From NCBI GenBank assembly GCA_007376145.1, contig VMFP01000003.1, positions 28,741-92,740 of the forward strand: a stretch of DNA of 64,000 nt, in the 5' to 3' direction. Made by a program: the position numbers and the translations under genes. The DNA comes from Parcubacteria group bacterium Gr01-1014_38 (GTDB lineage: Bacteria; Patescibacteriota; Andersenbacteria; UBA10190; CAIZMI01). Positions within the stretch are counted from its first letter, which is position 1. Each line of letters opens with the position of its first letter. Of the stretch, positions 55,218-64,000 are shown one piece after another. Below the pieces are notes generated by a model, which was given only the letters and a program-made list of their open reading frames with translations, was not told the origin of the DNA and searched no databases.

Positions 55218-57386
55218 GTGCGCTTCTGCGTGCAGATCCAAGCCGAGAGACCAACTCCATTTGCGGTCCTTCTTGGGACATCCTACGATCTCCTGGGCCG
55301 TATGCGGTTCTGGCTTTGGCAGTTCGAGCATCGCAAGCGCGTTGAGCTCGTCCGTCTTGGTCTTGTCACCATTCTCGACGAAGGTCTCCGCCCTTTCATC
55401 ACAAAGGCGGTTCGTTACGTTCTTCGGTCATGGGGGCGGAGAACTGCGGTTCCCAAGACTCCTGACGATCTTCCCCATGTGCTCTTCTGGGTGCGTCGGC
55501 ACCGGATCCCCGTATCGATTGTTATTCCGAATTATGGCCAACCGGATCTTCTCCAGAGGTGCGTTGCGAGTCTTCAGCATGCCGGGGCAGAAGAACTTAT
55601 CGTCGTGGATGATGGAAGTCCACCGCACGTACAAGAAATCATCAAGAAGCTTCCCTGCCGTACTATCTGCCTGCCGACGAATCGGGGGTTTTCCAATGCA
55701 GTGATCGCTGGCGTCGCTGCCGCTCGGAAGATCAATGACATTGTGATTCTCAACAGCGATGCCGAGGCACATCCGCATTGGCTCGATCATCTCAAATTCT
55801 GTGCCTACCGCGATGCCCGCATCGGCATTGTTGGTCCGAAACTCGTGTATCCCAATGGGAGCATTCAATCCGCGGGGTCGTTTCGAAATGTCGAGGCCCG
55901 TGAGTGGTTTGATCATTACTTCCGGTACCGGGAGGCTTCCTATCCTCCCGCAAACGTCGAGCAGGATGTGATGGCGGTGACAGGCGCTGCCATGTACATC
56001 AAGCGATCGGTCATTCGTACGATCGGTGGATTCGATCCAGAGTTTCCGATGGCTTTTGAGGATGTCGACTACTGTCTCCGCGCCCGACAACAGGGGTTCC
56101 GGGTTCTGTACTGCCCTCACGCCGTCCTTACCCACTTCGAGGGTGCATCACGGGGAAGAGTCCAGGGGCCCCGTGAGCTGTCCTCGAAGAGCTATTTCTG
56201 GAAGAAGTGGGGTCCGACGCTCAACGTGCGTCCGGTGCTGTCCGATTCCGGTTCGCTGAGAATCATCTATGTTCTTCAGAAGACGAACATCGCCGGAGGG
56301 CATCGTGATGTCTTTGAGCACTTAAATCGGTTACAGGAACGCGGTCACGATGTGTCCTTGTACGCCCTTGAGGGAAAGCCCGCCTGGTTCGACTTGAACG
56401 CGCCGGTCGTTTCCTTCTTCACCTATGGCCAGCTCACGCGGGCACTCGCCGCGATTCCCGCGATCAAAGTTGCAACGTGGTGGCAAACGGCATTCCCAGT
56501 CTGGTCTGCTTCCCTTTTTACTGGCATTCCTGTCTACTTTGTCCAAGACGTCGAGGCGTCATATTACGACGAAACGCAACCCACGGAACGCGCACGGGTA
56601 CTCGCAAGCTACCGGAAGGAATTCCATTACCTAACGATTTCCCGTTGGATTCAAGCCACTCTGTGGGACATCGGTATTACGTCGGCGCTCGCTCCGCCCT
56701 GGTATAATACTGATCTCTTTGGCCCTGATCCACTCGTGCAGAGAGAGCACGATGTTCTCCTCGCGATTGGGCGAAGTCACCCACTGAAGAATTTCCTAAT
56801 GACTGTTCGCGCGTGGAAAGCAATGACGCCATCCCCGCGCCTGTGGCTCTTTGGTGTCGAACCCTCGGTCGCAGAGGGACTTGGAGCAACATATTTCCTC
56901 CAGCCACCTGACCGAGATGTCGCTCGTCTCTATCGCCGCGCGACCGTGTTTGTGCAAACCTCTCGTCACGAAGGCTTCGGATTACCGATATTGGAAGCAA
57001 TGGCGTGCGGCTGCCCCGTCGTCTGCACCAGTGCGGATGGCAACGTGGACTTCTGCCGAGATGGCTATAACTGCCTCATCGTTCCCCAAGACGACGCTGC
57101 GGCTCTCGTGCGCATGCTTGAGGTGCTCCTTCGTGACAAGCGCTTGCAAGAAAAGCTCCGGCAGGGCGGGTACGAGACCGTATCACGGTACAGGAACGAT
57201 CACCTTGTCGATCGTCTCGAGACCTTCTATCTCCAGTTGGCCGAAACGTACGCGCCGTATGGTCATCTATCCAGCCGGATCTCGGTTGGCGCATCACAGC
57301 GAGCACCGGCCTCGCTTCTGTCTGAGGATCGCATGGGCGAAGCGCTTGAGGTCTCGAAGCGGTTTCGTGAGTCTCCAGCTCGCTGA
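55218..57386 (+). CDS. GT2-GT4 fusion glycosyltransferase
   Basis: VVDDGS, NRGFS, LNSD and EDVDYC (GT2), then EGFGLPILEAMACG (GT4). Confidence 0.88.
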   Translation: MRFCVQIQAERPTPFAVLLGTSYDLLGRMRFWLWQFEHRKRVELVRLGLVTILDEGLRPFITKAVRYVLRSWGRRTAVPKTPDDLPHVLFWVRRHRIPVSIVIPNYGQPDLLQRCVASLQHAGAEELIVVDDGSPPHVQEIIKKLPCRTICLPTNRGFSNAVIAGVAAARKINDIVILNSDAEAHPHWLDHLKFCAYRDARIGIVGPKLVYPNGSIQSAGSFRNVEAREWFDHYFRYREASYPPANVEQDVMAVTGAAMYIKRSVIRTIGGFDPEFPMAFEDVDYCLRARQQGFRVLYCPHAVLTHFEGASRGRVQGPRELSSKSYFWKKWGPTLNVRPVLSDSGSLRIIYVLQKTNIAGGHRDVFEHLNRLQERGHDVSLYALEGKPAWFDLNAPVVSFFTYGQLTRALAAIPAIKVATWWQTAFPVWSASLFTGIPVYFVQDVEASYYDETQPTERARVLASYRKEFHYLTISRWIQATLWDIGITSALAPPWYNTDLFGPDPLVQREHDVLLAIGRSHPLKNFLMTVRAWKAMTPSPRLWLFGVEPSVAEGLGATYFLQPPDRDVARLYRRATVFVQTSRHEGFGLPILEAMACGCPVVCTSADGNVDFCRDGYNCLIVPQDDAAALVRMLEVLLRDKRLQEKLRQGGYETVSRYRNDHLVDRLETFYLQLAETYAPYGHLSSRISVGASQRAPASLLSEDRMGEALEVSKRFRESPAR

Positions 57387-58226
57387 GGAGTGGAGCATTG
57401 CCAATTGATCGGTCTGCAACTGAATGAGCCGGTCTTTTTCCCGGAGCAGTGCCTCACGTCGGTCCCTTTCAGCGCGTTCTCCGAAGAGTTCAATCCAACT
57501 GTGGAGCCAGGGAGGGCGAAACAGCATGATCCAAATATCGTCGGGAGGCTCAATGATGCTGTCGGAGGCTGCCACGATGCTATAGAGGCAATCAGCCAGG
57601 CTAGCCGGCATGTGGCAGAAGACGGCAGGAGAGCCAAACCTCCCGTGGTGCTTATTGACATGCTCGGGGTCTCCGATGAGGGAGGCGAAACTGCTGAACT
57701 GCGATCTCGTCCAGGTGTACCGAAACACAGACCGCACGATTGTTTCAAGCTCCGCCGGGGTGAATTCGCGCGTGTGGAACGGGTTCTCTCCTGGATACGT
57801 TTCTCGATTTGGGGTTGAGAGAAGGAGCATTCCTTCTTGATCCAACACGCGTTTGATTTCGCGGAGGAACCGTTGCACGTCCTTCAGGTGTTCAATCGTT
57901 TCGAAGGAGACGACGAGATCCACCGATCGATCGGCGAGGGGAAGATCAAGGGCATCGGCAGCAAGGAAGCGAATGTTCTCTGCACCATGCCGTTCCCGGG
58001 CGTACGCGATGGTTTTCTCATCCCGGTCGATGCTGTACACTGCGCGTGCGCCGGCGTCCGCGAGCATCTGAGAGCCGTACCCGCTCCCACACGCCACGTC
58101 GAGGACTCTCTTTCCTCGTGCGAATGCACAACTAAACATGTACCGGAGCAGATGCTCAACGAGAATCGGATCACCCTGCTGGAGTTCTGGAATGACGCGT
58201 TCCCCCGTATACACCGGTTGCGTCAT
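57294..58226 (-). CDS. Class I SAM methyltransferase with coiled coil (putative glycan-capping)
   Basis: YTGER, EHLLRY, VLDVACGSGYG, SFETIEH, STPN; C-terminal coiled coil and SASWRLTKPLR. Confidence 0.85.
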   Translation of the reverse strand: MTQPVYTGERVIPELQQGDPILVEHLLRYMFSCAFARGKRVLDVACGSGYGSQMLADAGARAVYSIDRDEKTIAYARERHGAENIRFLAADALDLPLADRSVDLVVSFETIEHLKDVQRFLREIKRVLDQEGMLLLSTPNRETYPGENPFHTREFTPAELETIVRSVFRYTWTRSQFSSFASLIGDPEHVNKHHGRFGSPAVFCHMPASLADCLYSIVAASDSIIEPPDDIWIMLFRPPWLHSWIELFGERAERDRREALLREKDRLIQLQTDQLAMLHSSASWRLTKPLRDLKRFAHAILRQKRGRCSL

Positions 58227-59491
58227 GTCGCGGTCGCCTTCGCGTTTTTTTGGATGGGGAAGCTCAGGGCTTCTGAACCCTGGGGCGAGGCGCGGAAGAT
58301 GCGAATGTCGTGCTGAAAGTGGGCCATACCGCCTGTATCGAAGGGTCGGTCGACAAAAAACGCGCCGACGTGTTCTCGCCAGTCGTGAAACGAGCGCAGA
58401 TTCCGATGGGCAATCGCCGGTGAAATGGTGTACCGTCCGACCTCCAGTTCATTCGGAAGTCGGAATTCAACCGTCACGAGTTCCCCTGCGGTGTACCTAT
58501 CCGTGTCTACCCGTTGCCAATGCGTGTTCGTCACAAAGATGTTCCGCACGTGTGCATCATGGATAATCAGACCAAACACGGGTTGCTCACACGTTTCTTC
58601 GAACACCACGTCAAGGCAGATTGAAATCACTTCATTCGCGTGAAAGACCGTGGTCTCTTGCCCTCCATCATTCACGAAGCGAACCCTCATAATTTTTGCC
58701 TTTCCGTCCCCAAAGCGTCGTTCTTTGGTCGGAACGTCTGTCTGGCGTCGCTCCCACTGGAGCTCTCGGTAGCGTGCGATCACTTCTTCCGGGATGCCCT
58801 GAGCGACAATCGATCCTTGGTGTAGCAGAATGATACGATCAGCGAATTCACGGATACTCCCAAGATCGTGGCTCACGAGGACCACCGTCTTTCTCTCTTC
58901 TTTGAATCGCGCAAATACCCGAAAGCAGCGTTCCTGAAATTCGGCGTCGCCAACAGCGAGGACTTCGTCTAAAAGGAGAATGTCCGCCGGAACATGGATT
59001 GCTACCGAGAAGGCCAGGCGCACCTGCATACCAGACGACAACGTTTTGAGTTTGGCCTCCATGAATTGCTCGAGTCCGGCGAATGCAGCGATATCGGTAT
59101 ACCGGTGTCGGATCTCGATGAGGGACAGTCCCAGCACCGTCCCGTACAAGAAGACGTTTTCCCGGGCGGTCAATTCAGGGTGAAATCCGACGCCGAGTTC
59201 GAGGAATGGCGAGACCGTACCCTGGACCATCACGGTACCGGTCGTCGGCGGATAGATTCGAGTAAGGATTTTAAGAAGAGTGCTTTTCCCTGATCCGTTC
59301 GGTCCGATAATGCCGAGGAACTCCCCTGGGCGCACGGAGAAATTGACGTCTCTCAGCGCGTCGAGACGCTCGTGCGGGGATGGGGGTCTTTCCCGTGTCC
59401 ACAAAGCATCATGGAGAGATCTCGAGCGGGCATGCGGGAAAGGGAAGCTCTTGGTCAGGTTGCGGACGTGGATGATCGGTGTTCCCATCAT
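58223..59491 (-). CDS. wzt: Glycan ABC exporter ATPase with C-terminal carbohydrate-binding domain
   Basis: GPNGSGKS, LSSGMQVRLAF, DEVLAVGD, plus a Wzt_C-like extension. Confidence 0.92.
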   Translation of the reverse strand: MMGTPIIHVRNLTKSFPFPHARSRSLHDALWTRERPPSPHERLDALRDVNFSVRPGEFLGIIGPNGSGKSTLLKILTRIYPPTTGTVMVQGTVSPFLELGVGFHPELTARENVFLYGTVLGLSLIEIRHRYTDIAAFAGLEQFMEAKLKTLSSGMQVRLAFSVAIHVPADILLLDEVLAVGDAEFQERCFRVFARFKEERKTVVLVSHDLGSIREFADRIILLHQGSIVAQGIPEEVIARYRELQWERRQTDVPTKERRFGDGKAKIMRVRFVNDGGQETTVFHANEVISICLDVVFEETCEQPVFGLIIHDAHVRNIFVTNTHWQRVDTDRYTAGELVTVEFRLPNELEVGRYTISPAIAHRNLRSFHDWREHVGAFFVDRPFDTGGMAHFQHDIRIFRASPQGSEALSFPIQKNAKATAT

Positions 59492-60261
59492 AGATACTCA
59501 GAGACTGTAGGCGCGGTGCGCTGGAATATGTAGATGCTTGCGGCAAAGATCATCCCAATCATTCCTGCTGCCGTAAGAAGAGGGAGGAGAGACATATCCG
59601 ACGGTTGGAGGATTCCAGACCTCGCACTTTGGATAAGCAGAGCCATCGGGTTGAAGGAGAGTACGTGTCGTAGTCGTTCTGGTGTCATATTCGGCGGGTA
59701 AATGATCGGTGTCACAAAAAACCCAAGCGTGAGAAGAACTTCCCACAGCTGCTTGAGGTCTCGATACCGAACAAAGAGCGGCGCGAGGAAGAGGGAGATC
59801 GCCAAAATGAGCATCGCCGTCAAGACGCAGGATCCGAGAAAGAGAAGGAGGCCGCTGAGCCTGAGTATGATTGGTTGAGCGGCAACAAATGGAATAATCA
59901 CGAGTAGGTTGAGGAGAAACGTGAGCGTTACCTGGAGTGTCGAAGCAGCTGCGATCGTCCACAGGGATACCGGTACCTTCGTGAGAATGTGTCCCTTGGC
60001 GAACAGGGATTGCATGCCTGTACTCGTGCCTTCTGCAAAGTAGTTCCAGAAGAGGATCCCGATAAGGAGTTCCGCAGCGTACATCGGCACTCCTCGGCCA
60101 AAGGGGATAGAGAAGACAGTGTAGAGAGTGGCGAAGATGAGAAGTGGCTTGAGCACGGCCCAGAGATAGCCGAGCCGGGACCCGCTATACCGGACCTTCC
60201 AATCCGTCTTCGCGAGCGTCCAGATCAGCTCCCATGTCCGGGTAAGGTTCTGTCTCATCAT
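59488..60261 (-). CDS. wzm: Glycan ABC exporter permease
   Basis: RYSGSRLGYLW..PL, YRD, TPIIYP, NP. Confidence 0.92.
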   Translation of the reverse strand: MMRQNLTRTWELIWTLAKTDWKVRYSGSRLGYLWAVLKPLLIFATLYTVFSIPFGRGVPMYAAELLIGILFWNYFAEGTSTGMQSLFAKGHILTKVPVSLWTIAAASTLQVTLTFLLNLLVIIPFVAAQPIILRLSGLLLFLGSCVLTAMLILAISLFLAPLFVRYRDLKQLWEVLLTLGFFVTPIIYPPNMTPERLRHVLSFNPMALLIQSARSGILQPSDMSLLPLLTAAGMIGMIFAASIYIFQRTAPTVSEYL

Positions 60262-62186
60262 AGTAAGGGTGGGAGATCTGGAATGCGCGCCCACTGCTCT
60301 CGGAAGAATGCGGCGCGGGCGGTGTTCCCGCGTTTCTCGAGTACCGCGAGAAGCTCCCGGTAGAGCCGCGGGAGCTGCTGCACCGTGGGCGTCCAGCGAA
60401 GGAAGTAGAGCTGACTCCCGAGATCGTCATTGAGGGGAAAGCGCTGCTCCGCGCTTTCCAGAAGGAGGCGTTCTGCGCCTGCGAGGTCTCCCTGCTTCCG
60501 GAGGATCTTCGCGAGTCGGATGGCGGGGTGGGGAGTGCGAAAGGGGGTCATCCGGATTGCCCGCTCGTACCGGGTTCTCGCCGTTGCGGGGTCTTTCTGC
60601 CACTCGCTGAGTTCGCCGAGGGCGATCCACGCATCGCTTCGCCACGGAGCCAGGGTGGTCGCCTCCCGCAGCGCCTCCTCCGCCGTTCGAAAATCCTTCT
60701 GGAGGAACGCGGTCTGCGCACGCAAGCGATGTCCGGCTTCGGACCACGGATTGAGGAGCACGAGTCTGTCCGCAACCCGCGCAGTTCTTTCCAGATTGTT
60801 TTGGGCAAGTGCGGCGGTGAACTGCCGATTGCCATACGCTTCTGCGCCCAGCCACGCAGCAGCGGTGAGGAGAATTGCCGCGAAACTACCAGCGATGCGT
60901 CGGCTGATTACCCACGTCGGTTGCCGAACTCCCTGTGCGGCGAGCGCCGGTGACGCGAAGAGGAGTGCAACCAGGGTTGCGAACAGTGCCTGGAGTCCAA
61001 GAAAACTCCAGTCCACATCAATGAGGAAGCGCAGCAGACCGGCGATGAGGCTGACTCCCATCGCTGCGGTCAGAAGCACATCCGTATTTCCGGGGCTGGT
61101 CCCAAGATCCCGGCGCACCCGCAGCGCGCGCCACGCGCGCTGGAGAATGGCGGCGAAGAACAGAAAGAAGGTCATTCCGCCCACGGTACCGAGCTCGGCA
61201 AACATCTCCAACACTTCGTTGTGCGCGTGCGCGGCGTAGCGCCAGGGAGCCCGCTGAAAGTGGAGAAATGCGTCTGCAAAGGTCCCGGCACCTGTGCCGA
61301 CAACCGGACGCTCTTCCAGCGCGCGGCGGGCCACGTACACCGCGTCCACCCGGAGGTTACCACTGCTCGTTCGCTCGGAGCCGAATTCCGAGGCGAGGGA
61401 AGCTCCACGCTCGAGGAATGCTGCCGCCAGCCCGGGAAACTGGAGCGCCACAATCAGGAGCACCCCTCCGCCCCCAAGGACGAGCAGCGCAGACTGGCGG
61501 ATGCGGGGGCGAAGGACGTACAGCGAGAGGAGAAGAGCAGCGATCCCGATCAGCCAACTCCCCCGAGAGAAGGTGAGCGCGAGGAGAACGATCACGCCGA
61601 GAACGAACATGCCTCCCAAGAATTTCCTCGCCGGTGTCTTCGCGACCACCATCGTGCCCCACAACAGGGGGAGACTGACCGCGAGAAATCCGCCCATCTG
61701 GTTGTACCAGAAGAATGGTCCCCGCAATTGGTGATCGGCGCGCGGCGGGCCCTCCAGGAAATATTGAATGGCACTCCCCAGCGCAATGAGCACGAGGAGG
61801 ACCATGAGGCTCTGCACTCCCCACCGCCAGCGCTGCGGGTCCTGAAAGAGCGTGGTGAGTGTGAGGATGAGGACCAAGAGACTGAACATCCGCACCAGTT
61901 CTTTGAGGCTCGCGTCTGGGTTGACCGTCGTTCCCAGACTGATGAGCGCAGCAATGAACGTGACTCCCAGGGTCCAGATGATCACCTTGGGCGCACGCAC
62001 CGTTTCCTGTGGAGCAAGGGTCAGGTGGAGAAGCAGCAAACCGCCGCTCCATAGCGTCACGAACAGCGTTGCCCAGTCCTCGAAGACCGTGTTGCCGCGC
62101 ACGAGAAGAACGAGGAGACCCGCCCACCAGACCCCCAGCGTGACCCGTTCGCGGGACGAAAGGGTCGGGAAGAGGCGAAGGATCAT
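60258..62186 (-). CDS. O-antigen ligase/oligosaccharyltransferase-family membrane protein with TPR tail
   Basis: GPFFWYN, TFSRGSW, GTGAGTF, HAHNEVLE..ELG, C-terminal TPR-like helices. Confidence 0.85.
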   Translation of the reverse strand: MILRLFPTLSSRERVTLGVWWAGLLVLLVRGNTVFEDWATLFVTLWSGGLLLLHLTLAPQETVRAPKVIIWTLGVTFIAALISLGTTVNPDASLKELVRMFSLLVLILTLTTLFQDPQRWRWGVQSLMVLLVLIALGSAIQYFLEGPPRADHQLRGPFFWYNQMGGFLAVSLPLLWGTMVVAKTPARKFLGGMFVLGVIVLLALTFSRGSWLIGIAALLLSLYVLRPRIRQSALLVLGGGGVLLIVALQFPGLAAAFLERGASLASEFGSERTSSGNLRVDAVYVARRALEERPVVGTGAGTFADAFLHFQRAPWRYAAHAHNEVLEMFAELGTVGGMTFFLFFAAILQRAWRALRVRRDLGTSPGNTDVLLTAAMGVSLIAGLLRFLIDVDWSFLGLQALFATLVALLFASPALAAQGVRQPTWVISRRIAGSFAAILLTAAAWLGAEAYGNRQFTAALAQNNLERTARVADRLVLLNPWSEAGHRLRAQTAFLQKDFRTAEEALREATTLAPWRSDAWIALGELSEWQKDPATARTRYERAIRMTPFRTPHPAIRLAKILRKQGDLAGAERLLLESAEQRFPLNDDLGSQLYFLRWTPTVQQLPRLYRELLAVLEKRGNTARAAFFREQWARIPDLPPLL

Positions 62187-62327
62187 CGAGCGGAAGCGTA
62201 CCACGGTGTCGATCTTGAAGGACCGTGGTGTGACGAAGACCGTGTGCCCCCGGTCGCTCGATCCGACTGATTGACTCCGCGCTCTGTTCGGTGATACAGT
62301 GAAAAATATCCACACCTGAACATACAT

Positions 62328-64000
62328 ATGGACAAGCGGCATCTTCCTCGGATCCTCCGGAGGGCGGGGGTGGGGATCTTCCTCGTGAGCGTCGGGCTGC
62401 TGGCGGGGGAGACGGCACGGGCACAACCTTCCCCACCGCCAACCTTGAACTTCGCCGTTAGACTCCCGCCGGACTTTGAGTACTCCTTCGGCGCCTTCTC
62501 CGTGAGACCGGGCGTTCCAGCCGGTCAGATAGAACTGCTGGTCTCCGGACCGACCCTGGCCGCCAGACGGGCGGAGGGGGAGACGGTGGGCAGGGTACGA
62601 CTTAACCTCGCCTCACGTTCGATAAGTCAGCTAGGCCCACTTTTCAATCCCGGTGGGGTCATTTGGAACGACCGGCATTTGATATGGGGTTTAGCCCACA
62701 TAGGCGGCAGGATCTTGCAGTCCCGTCGCGAGTACTATAACGTTTCCGGGGAGAACCACCCCTGGTTGGCCCACTCCGGGGACCTTGACGGCTTCACTTC
62801 CCCGGTAGGCCCGTTCCAGGAGCTTGCCTTTCCGAATAATTACACCGCCGCACACCTTATCCCGATACCGGCTTCCTTCGGTTCCGCGTACCTTGGCGGG
62901 GACAACGTCGGCTTCGGCGCCTCCGGCGTCTCTGGGGCCACGTCCACGGGAGGTCCAGCCTTATTCTCCACGGTGGTACCGTCCGCCGACTTCGCCGGTC
63001 ATCCCATCCTCTACTATCCCCACGACCGCCCGGAGACCTGGATAGCCGGGCTTCCAGATAGGTTCACTGGGGAACCGTCCGCGTGGAATAACTCCAGTTA
63101 CGTCAGCGGCGGGACGTTCACGGCCGGCGACGACGCCCTGTTCGGCGGGGTGCAGGGCTATCGCCCCAGGCCGGCACCTGGGTCGAGTAACGCCTCCATG
63201 AGGGTGGAGGCGAGGTTAGTTCGGTACGGGGCCGCGGCCCTTGGGCAACACGCCGTCGCCGTGAGGGCCGGGACCGCCAACCCCTGGGACCTACAGCCGA
63301 CGCAGGTCATAGACCTGACGCCAGTGCATTACTACTCCGACGCCCACGAGGAAATGATTTGGCACTACACGCACGTGAAGGTATTCCCGGGTTCCGTCCC
63401 GCCGAGGTTCTATACGGAGGCCGAGGCCGAGGCCGTTTGGATCTCCATTGCGAATACGGTGCCTTACGCTTACACCGACGCGGACGGGACGACCTGGAGA
63501 GCGAGGGACCTGGGCTTTCTACTCCCCGTCTGGGATCGAGTCAATAACCTCCTGCTGGTGATGGCCCAGAACGGATACCTGGAGGCCGACGGTTGGCAGA
63601 ACAGGCCGATACTCTACGTCCTCACATACACCACCCCTTCCGGCAGGCCCGTCATCACCCGGCATCCCGCCAACCAGACCGTTATCGTAGGGCAGGCGGC
63701 TACCTTCTCGGTCCAGGCCTCGGGCGACGCGCCCTTGTCCTACCAATGGCAAAGAAACGGCGTCAATATCGCCGGAGCCATTGCTTCCAACTATACTACC
63801 CCGGCCACTACGCTGGCCGATAACGGAGCTCAATTCCGCTCTGTGGTGACGAACGCGGCCGGAAGCGCCACCAGCAACGCGGCCACCTTGACCGTGACTC
63901 CCCCTCCTCCCGCCCCCTCCTCCCGGTCTCCCCACCCTCTCCTTCCGCAGTCCCCCCTCCGGTCACACCGTGAATCGGGGCATCACCTTCCCCGTCCAGC
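62328..64000 (+). CDS. Secreted protein with an immunoglobulin-like domain (partial; absent from the ORF track because there is no stop in the window)
   Basis: Hand translation: signal MDKRHLPRILRRAGVGIFLVSVGLLAGETARA-Q, open frame, Ig domain PVITRHPANQTV..FSVQASG..LSYQWQRNG..VTNAAGSATS. Confidence 0.85.
   Translation, partial: MDKRHLPRILRRAGVGIFLVSVGLLAGETARAQPSPPPTLNFAVRLPPDFEYSFGAFSVRPGVPAGQIELLVSGPTLAARRAEGETVGRVRLNLASRSISQLGPLFNPGGVIWNDRHLIWGLAHIGGRILQSRREYYNVSGENHPWLAHSGDLDGFTSPVGPFQELAFPNNYTAAHLIPIPASFGSAYLGGDNVGFGASGVSGATSTGGPALFSTVVPSADFAGHPILYYPHDRPETWIAGLPDRFTGEPSAWNNSSYVSGGTFTAGDDALFGGVQGYRPRPAPGSSNASMRVEARLVRYGAAALGQHAVAVRAGTANPWDLQPTQVIDLTPVHYYSDAHEEMIWHYTHVKVFPGSVPPRFYTEAEAEAVWISIANTVPYAYTDADGTTWRARDLGFLLPVWDRVNNLLLVMAQNGYLEADGWQNRPILYVLTYTTPSGRPVITRHPANQTVIVGQAATFSVQASGDAPLSYQWQRNGVNIAGAIASNYTTPATTLADNGAQFRSVVTNAAGSATSNAATLTVTPPPPAPSSRSPHPLLPQSPLRSHRESGHHLPRP

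Noticed and set aside
36246..62442. Long antisense ORFs (e.g. 37483-38979, 42056-43399, 48341-50005, 61357-62442)
   Set aside because: They are shadows or alternative frames of GC-rich genes with clear motifs; they have no motifs of their own.

Overview
This is bacterial DNA in genetic code 11. By inference it comes from a high-GC Patescibacteria (CPR/Parcubacteria-like) genome: the pilus cluster has GQxLLE minor pilins and no secretin, promoters are extended -10 type, and short palindromes sit inside genes. (1) 1-20.1 kb is an accessory/defence island. It holds an HprK-like P-loop kinase, cofE and a decayed ParB-like gene; a coupled wHTH / PLD-SF2 helicase / N6-adenine methyltransferase / SIR2 operon; Zn-finger, HEPN-like and HAD genes; a minus-strand cluster with two nucleotide N-glycosidase-fold genes, a SMUG2-type uracil DNA glycosylase and a YqcI/YcgG-like gene; and two AT-rich single genes bracketed by a family of GACCCA-headed intergenic repeats. 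One repeat unit contains an exact 31-bp match 15.6 kb upstream. (2) 20.2-37.4 kb is mostly core genes: RRM protein, a Cys-rich envelope cluster, cca, a TSP3-repeat protein, dnaG, rpoD, an M23 peptidase, tRNA-Asn, a PurD-like ATP-grasp protein, a DEAD-box helicase and msrA/msrB. (3) 37.5-51.8 kb is a type IV pilus locus with two giant LVIVD-repeat pilins. (4) 51.8-62.2 kb is a glycan synthesis/ABC export/ligase locus. (5) A secreted Ig-domain protein runs off the right edge with a probable frameshift. The best candidates for something new are the repeat-bounded cassettes, the N-glycosidase + SMUG2 pair, the RM-SIR2 operon and the in-frame palindromic insertions in dnaG. All family calls come from motif recognition by eye; no database searches were run.
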